A stretch of DNA of 64,000 nucleotides from Eledone cirrhosa (GCA_964016885.1 OZ024740.1:338148001-338212000); one strand, 5' to 3'. Counted from the first letter of the stretch, positions 25,394 to 37,345 are shown. Notes: generated by a model not told the origin, from the letters alone. Program-made: numbers and translations.

Positions 25394-27200
25394 CTATCCG
25401 TTAGGGTATAATGTGGGGCTGTAATACAGGAAAGTTTTGTGCAATTTATGTTTACAAGCCGAAATTGCCTTATATTTTTTGTTTAAGATGTAGTCTTTGG
25501 CGTAGAGTATTTCCAGGGCCTCAACGGCGCAGAGGTCTTCTATTTCCGTTATACGTCATACGATCTAGCCTCAGCTAAGATCTCCCAGCGTAACTTATAT
25601 TTGGTGTGGTTATCTTTTAGACTCTAGATATAAGGTGACGTCATATTCCTTCTTAAAGGGTTAAGAAAAGAATGGGTATGCATGTAAAGACGCTGCTTGA
25701 ATCTATTGGCGGTTAACCCTATCTAGGCCCTACGGGACGTGGGTGTTTCAACCTTACATTTGTAGACAATGTTACTAGAGAGGCATTTCCCGGATAGGGG
25801 CAGTCAACCCGATTCCTCCAATTACAGTTAGTACTAGCTACAGGGTTGCACGTGTTCCTACGGCTAAGTAATTTAGCTAAATTTGAAGCTGTGATGTTAT
25901 GTGCAAGGTCAGGAGTCGTAGAGTAAGAAATTTTAATGGTATTTCTATTAAAAATATAAATATATTTATGTGCTGAGGGGAACTGCTTCATAATAAGGGA
26001 GAGAAAGATCTTAGCTAATGGTGTGGCCACCTCCATATTATATGGTGGGTTATACCATATAATGCGTCGGGATCTATTTTTCTTAGGTCTATTCTCGTAC
26101 TCTGTATATGCTACCTTATCGACAAATCCACTCCGAGCAAGAGCTTCATTGTAATATGTGGAATGGTCGTTGAAAATATGCTCGTTTGTAGATAGACGGG
26201 AAAGCCTCAAAGAAACGTTTCTTACCAGGTTCTTGGTTATGCTGGCAGGATGGTTAGAATGCTTACTTATGTAATTAAGCGTATCATTCGGCTTTCTATA
26301 CGGGTAGTGCAAGCCATTCGACAAATTGAGGGTAACGTCGAGGTAATTAACCACCGAGAGATTGGCCTCAACTTGTATGGAGAGGTTGCCTTTAAAGAAA
26401 GCTGTGAGTTCTTTTCTGAACATGTCGCAAGCACGTGGGCCGCATTTTGTCATGGTCAAAAGACTGTCATCACGGTACAAACCACCGCCCACGTTGGGGA
26501 ATTCTTCGTTGATAGAGAAAAGAAGGAAAAGGCCGATAAGATCAGCAACCGCCGCAGAATCGCTGGCGCCCATACTCATGTCGAATGGGATACTATTAGA
26601 TTTTTTAATCCAAATAGAGTCGTCGAAATTAATCACCGACTAACGGGCACTGAGGATGACACCAACTTCGAAATCCTTAACCACTGTGAGTGTTTTAGCG
26701 AAATTGATAGCTCTAAGAAGAAGTGGTAAAGTGATGGAGGAGTAGTAATTATTGATGTCGAATTGGATAAAACGGCAATGTTCCTTGTTGTATATGCTGT
26801 GGAACCAATCAATCACCGCGAAAGAATTGTTTCGCAGTGCCAAACTTCTAATTTCAGGTATAATTCTATCTAAAATCCTTTTACTAAGTCTACCTAAATC
26901 GGACTTCGTAGGGTTAAAAAAGCCGAATAGAGGGGTTGTTCGGGATATTAGATTTGTGATCCTTCAGGGTAAAGTGGGGAGAAATAGGGTCTAGAGGTTC
27001 AGTCCGGTCCAGGATATTGAGATCAGAGGTGATTTTATACCCAGCATCGTTGATTTCATTAATGACGCTCCAATTAGTTTTACGGTAATCCTTAGTTACA
27101 GCATTATGTAGCAGTTGATGGTAAGTACTGCGCTCCACTTGATATAGATTGCCAGTTTTGTCGGAGTGGAAGTGCACGGCATTAGAATCTTAATAGAACG
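25394..27200 (-). mobile_element. Penelope-like element, Naiad-type, decayed RT + GIY-YIG ORF
   Basis: SDKTGNLY, FIQFDINNYYSSI, MGASDSA, LYRDD, NYLDVTL, IIWYNPPY, linker C-N-W-x5-C-x5-C (CxCx5Cx5C pattern), NIVYKC...IGLT..RFKQR, LC..E, LN...SACKHK. Frameshifts and stops present. Confidence 0.85.
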
Positions 27201-27246
27201 TATTATCTTCGTTTTTTTTCTCGTTCTTTGCAAGGAAACGTTTCCA

Positions 27247-27395
27247 CCAACAAAAGTATCGTCTTCCTTCTGTCTTCCTTCGGTTGCAACGTTTTTTGAA
27301 CCAAAGTATCGTCTTCCTGTCTTCCTTCGGTTGCAACATTTTTTGAACCAAAGTATCGTCTTCCTGTCTTCCTTTGGTTGCAACTTTTTTTGAAA
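27247..27395. repeat. Three tandem units of about 48 bp in the PLE 5' region
   Basis: CCAAAGTATCGTCTTCCTGTCTTCCTTCGGTTGCAAC.TTTTTTGAA repeated. Confidence 0.85.
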
Positions 27396-27429
27396 TTTTT
27401 ACTTCTGCGTTCACAGATTGACTTTTTTA

Positions 27430-27478
27430 GTTTCAGAAGATCCCATTAAGGGTGAAAGCAGCGATTCTTTGCTTAAAT
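27430..27478 (+). ncRNA. Variant hammerhead motif (CAGAAGA core) in the inverted pseudo-LTR of the Naiad-type PLE
   Basis: GTTT-CAGAAGA-tCCC attaa GGGt-GAAA-GCA gcgattctt TGC-TT/AAAT. All three stems pair; AATAAA at 27495-27500. Confidence 0.55.
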
Positions 27479-27526
27479 TTTAATCTGTTATTTTAATAAA
27501 TAGATATATATATATATTTAATGTTA

Positions 27527-27614
<88 letters not shown>

Positions 27615-27715
27615 ATCTGTTATTTTAATAAATATTTGCTCTACGGTTATTATATATTTGATATATATTTATCCTTATCGAGCCCTCTTTGGATTTTAGT
27701 CTTCAAATTTATTAA

Positions 27716-27772
<57 letters not shown>

Positions 27773-27856
27773 TATATACATATATATACATATGTCCCAA
27801 GGCTCTTATACTATCAACACCATAAACACAGAGCTGGCATATCTAAGAACTGACTA

Positions 27857-27912
27857 ACTGCCTGACGAGGTCATAGCCATTCAATGGCTATCATCGAAAT
27901 ATATATAGCAGT
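27857..27912 (+). ncRNA. Minimal type I hammerhead ribozyme with canonical core
   Basis: ACTGC-CTGACGA-ggtcATAGCCA ttcaa TGGCTATcatc-GAAA-T atat A-TA/GCAGT, then AATAAA at 27914-27919. Confidence 0.85.
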
Positions 27913-27953
27913 AAATAAAGGATTATGAGTTCACGCAATTGACTTATGTTTTG

Positions 27954-28001
<48 letters not shown>

Positions 28002-28004
<3 letters not shown>

Positions 28005-28466
28005 TCATCATCATCATCATTTTATGTCCGCTTCTCCCTGCTTGCAATATATATATATTTATTAAAATAACATATTACTGTTTAAGCAAAAAAATCGTTG
28101 CTTTCACACATAACAAGATCTGAAACTCAGAATCTCTTATTTTAATCAATATGCTCTACGGTTTATTTGCTCTACGTATTTATAATATATATAATCATTA
28201 TCAAGCCCTCTTCGGATATATATATATATATATGTACATATATATATATGTATATATATATCCGAAGAGGGCTCGATAATGATTATATATATATAAATAC
28301 GTAGAGCAAATAAACCGTAGAGCAAATATTGATTAAAATAAGAGATTCTGAGTTTCAGAAGTTATGGGTGAAAGCAACTATTTTTTGCTTAAACAGTAAT
28401 ATGTTATTTAATAAATATATATATATTGCAAGCAGGGAGAAGCGGACATAAAATGATGATGATGAT
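28002..28466. repeat. Palindrome of PLE pseudo-LTR sequence centred on (TA)n, with mirrored RTE 3' tips at both outer ends
   Basis: 28002-28218 is the reverse complement of about 28259-28466. Shares GAGCCCTCT, GCTCTACGGTT and GGGTGAAAGCA motifs with 27430-27720. Confidence 0.9.
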
Positions 28467-28539
28467 ATATATATATATATATATATACCATAGACCCTGT
28501 AATTTTTTATGTGTGCTATGCTAATATGTAGGATTGCAA

Positions 28540-30600
28540 GGTAGTATGTCAGGGAAAAATTGTGATATTGTCAAAGAGAAGTGTGTCTGAGAGGATAATG
28601 ATGCACTTGCCATCACCAATGCTGAAAATAATGTATCAAGGACATGCCATTCTGAGAGACTGCTGAATGAGGAAAATGAATGAGAGGAAGATAGTCTGCT
28701 CCATGTGACTCAACAGTGGGATCAGCTATACAATCCAGCAGCAGCATAGTAAGTAAGGCAATTAAGGATATGAAGACAGGCAAATCAGCTAGACCACCAG
28801 GGGTAGTTGCTGAGATGCTGAAAGGAATTGGAATGGTAGGTCATACCATAACCAGCCGTATTGTAAAACAAGTAATACAAAATGGTATTGTGGTAAAATG
28901 AAGTATCCTAGTTGGATTGTCTATCAAATATAGACGTGAAGGAAAATCCCTCGTCTATTTACCATTTTTGTAAGTGAGAATTATAACAAAGTGAGTGGGT
29001 GTGTGTGTAATCAAGACAATAACCACAACGAGAGTTATATTCAACAAATGTAAATAATGGTGATGTTTACTTTGTTTATATGTGTTTATTATATTTGTTT
29101 CTACTTTAGGCACAAGGCCAGCAATTACCCAGTTCATTACTGGTACTTTATTTTATCGACCCCGTAAGGATGAAAGGCAAAGTCAACCTCGGCGGGATTT
29201 GAACTCAAATCGTAAAGGGACGTAACTATGCTGAAATGAAACATACCAAATATATACGTGATCCAGATGTGGTGAAGGGAAGTATTACAATTACGAAGGT
29301 ATTGTGGTGTTTGCTGTTTCCTTGGCTGTTTATCGTTTCGTGGTACAGAGGCTGTTTTCTGTGGCGTGTATACCGTCTGCTTTCCCGTGGCTGTCTCTGT
29401 TTACCTCTGGTGTTCTCAACCAGGGTGAGACAACTAGGCCTGGTCCATTATCCGCCAGGAGGCGTGAGGCGTCTTACTACAGTATTGTGCCCAATGACTG
29501 GCATAGCATTATCAAGTCATGTACAGAGGAGCAGTCAACAACGTTAAAATTAACAATTATCACAGTGAGCAATTTAGTGTGCAAGTTCGGATCCATCAGG
29601 TGTCAGTTCTTAGCCCTCTGTTTATTATCATAATGCAGGCCATTAAGGAAGAGTTCAAGACTGGCTGCCCATGTTCTATATGCCAATGATCAAAGCCTCA
29701 AAGCCAAATCTATGGCAGAATTAGAGAAGAAATTCCTGACAAAGCATAGATTGGAGTCAAAAGGTCTTAAATTCAACTTGGCAATGATTAAAGTCTGAGT
29801 AAGTAGAAAGGAAAAGAAAACAGGGGCCTGATTCCTTTAGGGAAATGACCTTGCTTACTGTGCAGGAAAGGAGTGGGAGTAATTCCATCCTATGTACCAG
29901 AAACAAACTAGGTGTACAATAGAAATGACGCAGGATTTCAAGCAGGCTAGCAAAGAATGAGGACTTTATATGTTGAAGATGTATAGGAGCAGTAAGCAGC
30001 AAGAGCTCACAGGAAACAAGCTTGATTAAATGCTCAGTGGTCTTAGTGGAAGTGGTTGATAGCTTCTGTTACATTGGTGACCAAATTAGCAGTGGAGGTG
30101 GGTGTTCTCAATGTGCTGTAGCCAGAGTATAAATGGGATGGATAACGTTCAGGGAGCTACTACCTCTGCTAGCTACAAAGGTTTTTCCCTCAATAAATAA
30201 CAGATTATATAATGTTTGTGTATGAACAGCATTGCTGCATGGAAGTAAGATCTAGGCACTGGGAGCAGAGGACCTACAGAGATTGAAAACAAATGCATGG
30301 ATATGTAATAGTAATGTGTATGAATGGTGAAGTATCAATAAGCTGAGAGAAAAACTGAGCATAAGCAGGATCAGATGCAGTGGTACAGGTGAGGAGATTG
30401 TGGTGCTATGAACATGTGATGTGTATGGTGGATGAAATCTGTATAAAAAGGTGCTCAAAGTTTATGGAAACTATGGAAGAGGAATACATAGGAATGCTTG
30501 GGATGAAGTGATAAAGGCTGATCTTGCACAAGTTAATGTCTCAAAGTAGATGATACAAGATCAAGATCTTGGCATTACGTTGTACAGTAGAAGACTCACC
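28540..30600 (+). mobile_element. Old, heavily decayed RTE LINE interrupted by a SINE (about 29095-29235, minus) and other inserts
   Basis: SKAIKDMKTGKSARPPGVVAEMLK at 28716-28901. RT and C-terminal homology to family A at about 29500-30600. Confidence 0.75.
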
Positions 30601-30821
30601 TTCCCATGTGCAAGGGCTGAAACAAACATGTAGTGGACACAGCACATACTACATTAATTTCTGTTATTTTTACCAAGTTGTTGATGAAATTGTTTTGCTT
30701 TGGAGTCAATCTGTTGTTTTATTTAAAGACTCATTGTTGTTTTATTTATACTGATGGATTCATCATATTCCCTAAGCATCATCTTCATCCTATATTATTA
30801 TTCATTATTATTCCAGTATCC

Positions 30822-31195
30822 AGGCGGTGGACTGGCAGTATCGGTAGAGGGTCGGATGTCATGCTTTGACGCATAGAGTTACGGCCCTTGCCATTCTGAG
30901 TTCAAATCCCGCCGAGGTTAACTTTGCCTTTCATCCTTACGGGGCCGATAAAATAAAGTACCAGTAATGTACTGGGTAATTGCTGGCCTTGTGCCAACAG
31001 TAGAGACAATTATTATTCCAGTATCAGTAGAAGGTCGGACGCCGTGCTTTGCAGCAAATTGTTACGGCCCATTATGGTCTGAGTTCAAATCCCACCGAGG
31101 TTAATTTTGTCATTCATCGTTACGGTGTCGATAAAATAAAGTACCTGTAATACACTAGGATAATTGCTGGCATTGTGCCAAAAGTAGAAACAATT
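30822..31195 (+). mobile_element. Two tandem SINEs (GCCTTTCATCC domain family)
   Basis: GGCGGTGGACTGGCAGTATCGGTAGAG head, GAGTTCAAATCC B box, GGCCTTGTGCC...AGAAACAATTATT tail, repeated. Confidence 0.85.
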
Positions 31196-31289
31196 ATTCA
31201 TTTGCACATTGATGATCTTATTAACACAGGATCAGTTGACTCCCTATCAAGTTATGTAACCTCAGATAGACAGTACTTCAGTACATGCA

Positions 31290-33365
31290 ATATTTCACAC
31301 TTACATTTCTTTGATCTCCTACATTCTGCAGTGTACATTTGCCTTTGGGTGCAATGTACCATTGTAAACCATTATTTTACATTTTAGCCTATCCAACTCT
31401 ATCTCTTTGGTCCAATTCAAAATAGCTGCACTATATCTAATAACTGGGACAGCCCAGATATTGATAACGGTAATCAAGTTCTTCCCAATCAATTTTATTT
31501 TCAGTAGTAGTGCTAACATATACAGGGTGTGGACGATATTTGTTCGCAATTTTCAACTGCTAAATTTATGCAATTTTTTTTTACTTCCGTTGTCACTCTT
31601 GTCTTCATAAAAACAGTTACTATATTTCCATTATTTATTTTCAGAATAATTGATTATGAATAATTTTGAGCCTACAAATTTGTGGAAGAGACACGGAGTT
31701 CTTCTTGGAATCCGCGCCGAGAGGACAAATAAGGAAATTTCAGACTTTCTCAGCGTCAGCAGGAGAATGGTGGAAAAGATCAGAAAGGAATTGGAAGATT
31801 CAGGATTTGACTACGAAGCAACATCAGAGAGGAAAACCCATAATCGACGATCTGACGCCTTCAGAACGCCGGAGTTCGTTGCTGAAGTTCAGGATATCAT
31901 CAACAATGAGCCTAGCAAGTCGATACGTGCCATTGCAAGGGGGAAAGGCGTGGATGAAAAGCTCATTAGGCTGGTGGTACATGAAGACATTCGCTACATT
32001 TCATACAAGATGAGGAAAGGACAATTTCTGTCAAAGGCGATGCAAGAAAAGCGACTGAAGCACGCAAAGAAGCTGATCAACAAGTTGAAACATCCACTGG
32101 AGCCAGACATGCTATGGTTTTTCTCCAACGAGAAAAACTTCTGCCAAGACCAGAAGATCAACTCCCAGAACAACAGGTGGCTCGCTGTCTCATCCAAAGA
32201 CGTGCCCAGAGTCATGCAGACAAAGTTTCCAGTGACAACATTGGTCTTAGGTGTCGTCAGCAGTTAAGCTGACGTTATGCCACCTCACTTCTTCCCTGAG
32301 GGCCTCAAGCTGAACACCGAAGGCTACATCCGCGTTCTGAGCGAGTTAGTAAAGCCCTGGATCGACCAGGTAGCTGCAGGTAGGCTGTATGTGTGGCAGC
32401 AAAACTCAGCGCCCTGCCATACCAGCCGAAAGACCCAAGCCTGGCTGTCAGAGAACTTCGTCGACCACACTTCATCTGACATCTGGCCTCCCAGCTCGCC
32501 TGACTGCAACCCCCTCGACTTCTTTGTGTGGGGTGCAGTGGAACGAGACACCAACAGATCTAGCTGCAATAAGAAAAACGATCTGAAGGCCAGGATCACA
32601 AGTGCCTTTAGGGGCCTAAGTCGGGGGACAGTGACGAAGGCCTGTAGCCAGTTCCGAGGCCACCTTGAGACCGTCATCAAAGCCAATGGCGGGTTTATCG
32701 AGTGAGATCGAAAGAACAAGTCATGAAGACAAACTGACCCAAGTTTAATAAATATATCTTAAAAAATAAAAATACTGTGTTATTTTTTCCTAGACAGCAA
32801 TCTTGCAAACAAATATCGTCCGCACCCTGTATTGATAGATATCTTTCACATTTACATACATGCTCATTTAGAGCTTTGTCAAGCTCCAAAATGCCCAGAT
32901 ATTTATACCAACTATCCTCAGGATTACCTATTGACTCTCCAGTAGGTAACTCAGTCCTATCACTATGTATATGCTTACCTTTCTTCATAGTCATAGTGGC
33001 AAACTTTGCAATACCAGACTCCATCCCAATGTCTTTACAACACAAGTGGACAATTTTGACCAGTGAGTCAACCTAAGATTCATTCCTGCAAAAGAGTTTC
33101 AGATCATTTTTGAAAAGTAGATGATTGATCTTAGGTCCACTGTTTTCCATCTGATAGCCAATATTTGTATCCTGTATGACCATTGATAAAGGAATCAAGG
33201 CAATCACAAAGAGCAATGGTGAGAAGGAATTGCCTTGAAATATTCTTCTTTTTATATTGACTTAGATGTTTATTTCCTACATACAGGTTTTGTCTTCTAT
33301 AAATGCATTAGACTCCATTACATGAATAACACTGTCTCCTATTGCAAACATTCTCAAACATTTCA
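31290..33365 (-). mobile_element. R4/Dong-like non-LTR RT fragment split by the mariner insertion
   Basis: IFQGNSFSPLLFVIALIPLS, INHLLFKNDLKL, YKYLGILE (32830-33365) and INIWAVPVIRYSAAILNW...LHPKANV (31290-31520). Confidence 0.75.
31523..32829 (+). mobile_element. Full-length Tc1/mariner transposon, DD37D (maT) type, inactive
   Basis: TIRs CAGGGTGTGGACGATATTTGTTCGCAA / TTGCAAACAAATATCGTCCGCACCCTG, TA on both sides. Transposase 31650-32705 with a stop near 32265; 37 residues between QQ(N)SAP and SPDCNPLD. Confidence 0.95.
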
Positions 33366-33396
33366 AACATTATAATTATTATTATCATTATTATTA

Positions 33397-33847
33397 CTAG
33401 CAGAAAACCACCTTTCGGCTGGTTTTCTGCTAGCATGTGTGGCGTGCATATTGATATTATACGCAGGTATATACATAAAATAAAATGGTAATTGACAATA
33501 TATAATATGTAGAAATTGAACGAAGACTGCGTTACACTGTCTTATTTAATAAGTAATGTAATCCATGATGCATTAAATAAGACAATATTATATATAAACT
33601 GCATTAGGAGAAAATTAATATGTTTATTTAAACGATAGCTAACCTGAAGTGTTGACATTTCAGAAATTTTAAAGTAGTGAATCTTTAAATAAACAAAATC
33701 TATTTAATCAACAACCACAAAATTTAGTAGATAAATTATGTAATATTGATCATTATTTATTCAAAGTAATGCAACTTATTTTACTAATGGGATAAAAAAT
33801 TATAAACCGTACGCAGTCCCACACTCCTTACTTTATTATAGTTTAGA
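33397..33847 (-). mobile_element. Non-autonomous Helitron (about 450 bp)
   Basis: Minus strand begins A|TCTAAACTATAATAAAG and ends with a GC-containing hairpin plus CTAG|T. Inserted in an AT dinucleotide with no TSD. Confidence 0.75.
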
Positions 33848-33864
33848 TTTTACAGACCTTTACT

Positions 33865-34535
33865 TTCTAAGTTTAATTTCAACTGAGGTTAACTTCGCAT
33901 TTCATCCTTATGGAGCCAATAAAATAAAATACCAGTAACGCACTGGTTGATTTAATTGACTTTCACCTCCCCCCAAATTGTTGGCCTTGTGTCTAAATCA
34001 GAAACCATTAAAATAAAGCACCAGTAATGCACTGGGGTAATTGCTGGCCTTATGCCAAAAGTGGAAACAATTATTATTATTATTATTTTATGGTCCTTTA
34101 GAGGGTGGTAGATTGGCAGTATCAGTAAAGGGTCGGACGCCATGCTTTGCAGCATAGAGTGACGACCCTTTATGATCTGACTTCAAATCCTGCCGAGGTT
34201 AACTTTGCCTTTCATCCTTATGAGGTCGATAAAATAAAGTACCAGTCACGCACTGGGGTCGATTTAATCGACTGTTCGCTTCCGCCAAATTACTATCCTT
34301 GTGCCTATACTAGAAATCATTATTATTATATGGGGGGGGGGGGGGGCAGTTTTGTTAGAGCATTGTACAAGTGTTTTACAGTATTTGTTCTGGCTCTTTA
34401 TTTTCTGAGTTCAAATCACACTAAGGTTACCATCGCCTTTCATTCTTTCAAAAATTAAAGTACCATTAAACTCATCAATATAATTGCCTTTTGTTTCACC
34501 ACAAATTGCTAGCCTTGTGCCTAAATTAGAAATTA
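33865..34535 (+). mobile_element. Cluster of three to four SINE copies (GCCTTTCATCC domain family)
   Basis: Repeated GAGGTTAACTTTGCCTTTCATCC...AAAATAAAGTACCAG and GGCCTTGTG...AGAAA with (ATT)n tails. Confidence 0.8.
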
Positions 34536-34589
34536 TTATAAGAGTAGTGACTTGGCAGAATCAATAGAGCATCTCACGATGTTGTAGAT

Positions 34590-35030
34590 ACACCTCAGAC
34601 AAAGTGTTGAAGAATGTCTGGGTCTTTCGCTGCATCTTTATATGCAGCTTTGTGGGGTTTGTGGGAATATAGACTCTTCCTGTTAATGAACTACATCAGT
34701 CTTGCTTTGTTATTGGGTTTGGCTTGTTGTTTCTTGTGTTATTTTAGTGTTTGTTCTGTTGTGTACGGTGTGCATGAGTAATGCTAATTTATTGGGTATT
34801 AATCTTGTAGAGTATATGTTGTGTGAGTTATGTTATTTCATTTTATTAGATATTTATTGTATAGGGTGCATATTGTGTGTGAAGCTTGTTCTATTTCAGC
34901 TGTGTTATTGAATCGATAATGTCTTGTGCAGGATGGGGGCTGTTCCTAGCAGAGCTATTTTTTGGATAGTATGTAGTGTTGTGAGCACTGGAATGGCTTC
35001 TATTTAATTTGTCCATCTTTCTTTTATCAT
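34590..35030 (-). mobile_element. 3' end of an R4/Dong-like non-LTR element
   Basis: Minus-strand IQKIALLGTAPILHKTLSIQ* matches the typical C-terminal motif. Confidence 0.55.
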
Positions 35031-35934
35031 AGTTTTTGCTTAGATTATTTTTGGCACTGTTTCTACCTTCGAGCCCTTCATCGTATGTATCTCAATTTCA
35101 AGAACCACATATATTGACAGTTTTTCCACTTGTTTTGCAGGCAATATTTTGGTTAGAAGGGATTGCAATGCCTATCAGTATGCATGTGTCATCACCATCC
35201 CCATTATCATTGTCTTCCTCCTCCTCTTCATCATCATCATCATGAACATCATCTTTATTATTATTGTTGTTGTTATTGTTTCGGTGGTGGCAATCATGAT
35301 GAATGAGATGAAGAGGGTAATAAGGATGATAATAGTAATGAGGATGATGATGACAAGATCACAGTTATGACAGTGATGAACGAAATGAACGACACCATGA
35401 TGATAATGATGATGTCTAAGACAACATCGATGGAAACAATGTTAATGATGAAGTTTATGATGACAATGATGATGATGATGGCGATGCTTATGATAATGAT
35501 GATTATGTGTACATCATAAATCTGGAATATGTTTGTGGTTCTTCACTTGTGACATTTCGAAAGACTCCTACAGATGACTCAAGCAGCCTATATTGTAAGT
35601 GCCACACTTCCAGAATAGATATTATTAGACAGGCAACAAATTAATCATTACTCAGCAACACAATTACAAATGTGGTTATGTGTTCAGCTTGTCAGTTGTA
35701 GTCTTTGTGTAGGTTGTGAGTGAGAAACATTTCTATACAAATGATTCATACATTTCTTGGTGATTTTGTGTTGGCATTTCATAGATTAATTAAAATCAGC
35801 AATATTTTTATGGATAGCATTATATATGCCTATATATGTATGTATACATACATGTAGATAGAAAGACTGATATGCACATATATCTACATGCACAATATAT
35901 ATTATATATATGCATATATACATATACATATATC

Positions 35935-37345
35935 TAAATGCAAAGTATGGGTGCATAAAAGATGTATTGGGATCACAGGTAAGCTAACTAAGAACATAGA
36001 TTTTACATGTGGCCGGTGTTCTGGTGCAATAAGTAGCAGCAAGTGCCCACAAAATACTAGCTCTTTCAATTGCGCAGAGGGTTCTATAGAAATAGTGGAC
36101 AGCTTCCGTTACCTGGGCGATAAAATCAGCAGTGGGGGAGGGTGCTCTGAAAGTACTGTAGCTAGAGTCAGAACTGGTTGGAAAAAGTTCAGAGAGCTTA
36201 TACCACTATTAGCTGCTAAAGGGTTCTCCCTAAAAATGAAAGGCAGGTTGTACGATGCCTGCATACGAACAGCAATGCTGCATGGCAGTGAGACCTGGGC
36301 ATTGTGTGCAGAGGATATACGCAGACTAGAGAGGAACGAAGCTTGCATGCTCCGCTGGATGTGTAACAGTAATATACGTGAACGGCAAAGCATAAACGAA
36401 CTAAGGAAAAAATTAGAGATAAGAGGGATCAGATGTTGTTTACTCGAGAGAAGGCTACGTTGGTATGGACACGTGATGCGCATGAAAGTCGATAGCTGTA
36501 TAACAAAGTGCAGGGCAATAAAGATAGATGGTAGTCACGGAATAGGCAGACCTAGAAAAACCTGGGACGAGCTGATAAACTCCGACATCACACACTTACA
36601 CCTCTCCAAGACAATGTCACTGGACCGAGATCTTTGGTGCTACACAGTCATACAGAAGACCCGACTTGCCTAAGTACAAAGCGAAACCTACAGTCAGTAG
36701 GCACCTCTAACAAAATACACCCCCCGTCCCACTACCCCCCACCCCATTCACACCACCCCCTTAAATGTGAAGTTATGTTGGTACCACAACATCCAGTCCG
36801 AAACAAATGAGGTCGTGTAGGTGTCACGACAAAAAACACACAGTCCACACTGTAATGTGGCCGTGTAGGTAACACGGTAAAAACCTCCCAGTCCACACTG
36901 TAAACGTGGTTGGTGTTAGGAAGGGCATCCAGCCGTAGAAAACCCGCCAGACAGTCCTATACGAGCAAGACAACCAGTCTTGCCTCAAGTGGGAAAACTC
37001 CCGTCCAAACCCATGCAAGCGTGGAAGATGGATGTTAAACGATGATGATGATGATGATATATATATACATGCTCCTACTTCCGTCCACTGTAAAGTGGTC
37101 ATGTAGGTGACAGGACAAAAAGCACCCTGTCCACACTGTAAAGTGGTCATGTAGGAGACATGGTAAAAAGGCTCCCGGTCCACACTGTAAATGTGGTTGG
37201 TGTTAGGAAGGGCATCCAATCATAGAAAACCTACCAGAAACAGTTCTGTACAACCGAGACACATCCACCCAACCAATCTTGGCTAAAGTGGAACCAACCC
37301 AACCAACCGATGCTAGCATGGAAGATGGACGTTAAACGATGATGA

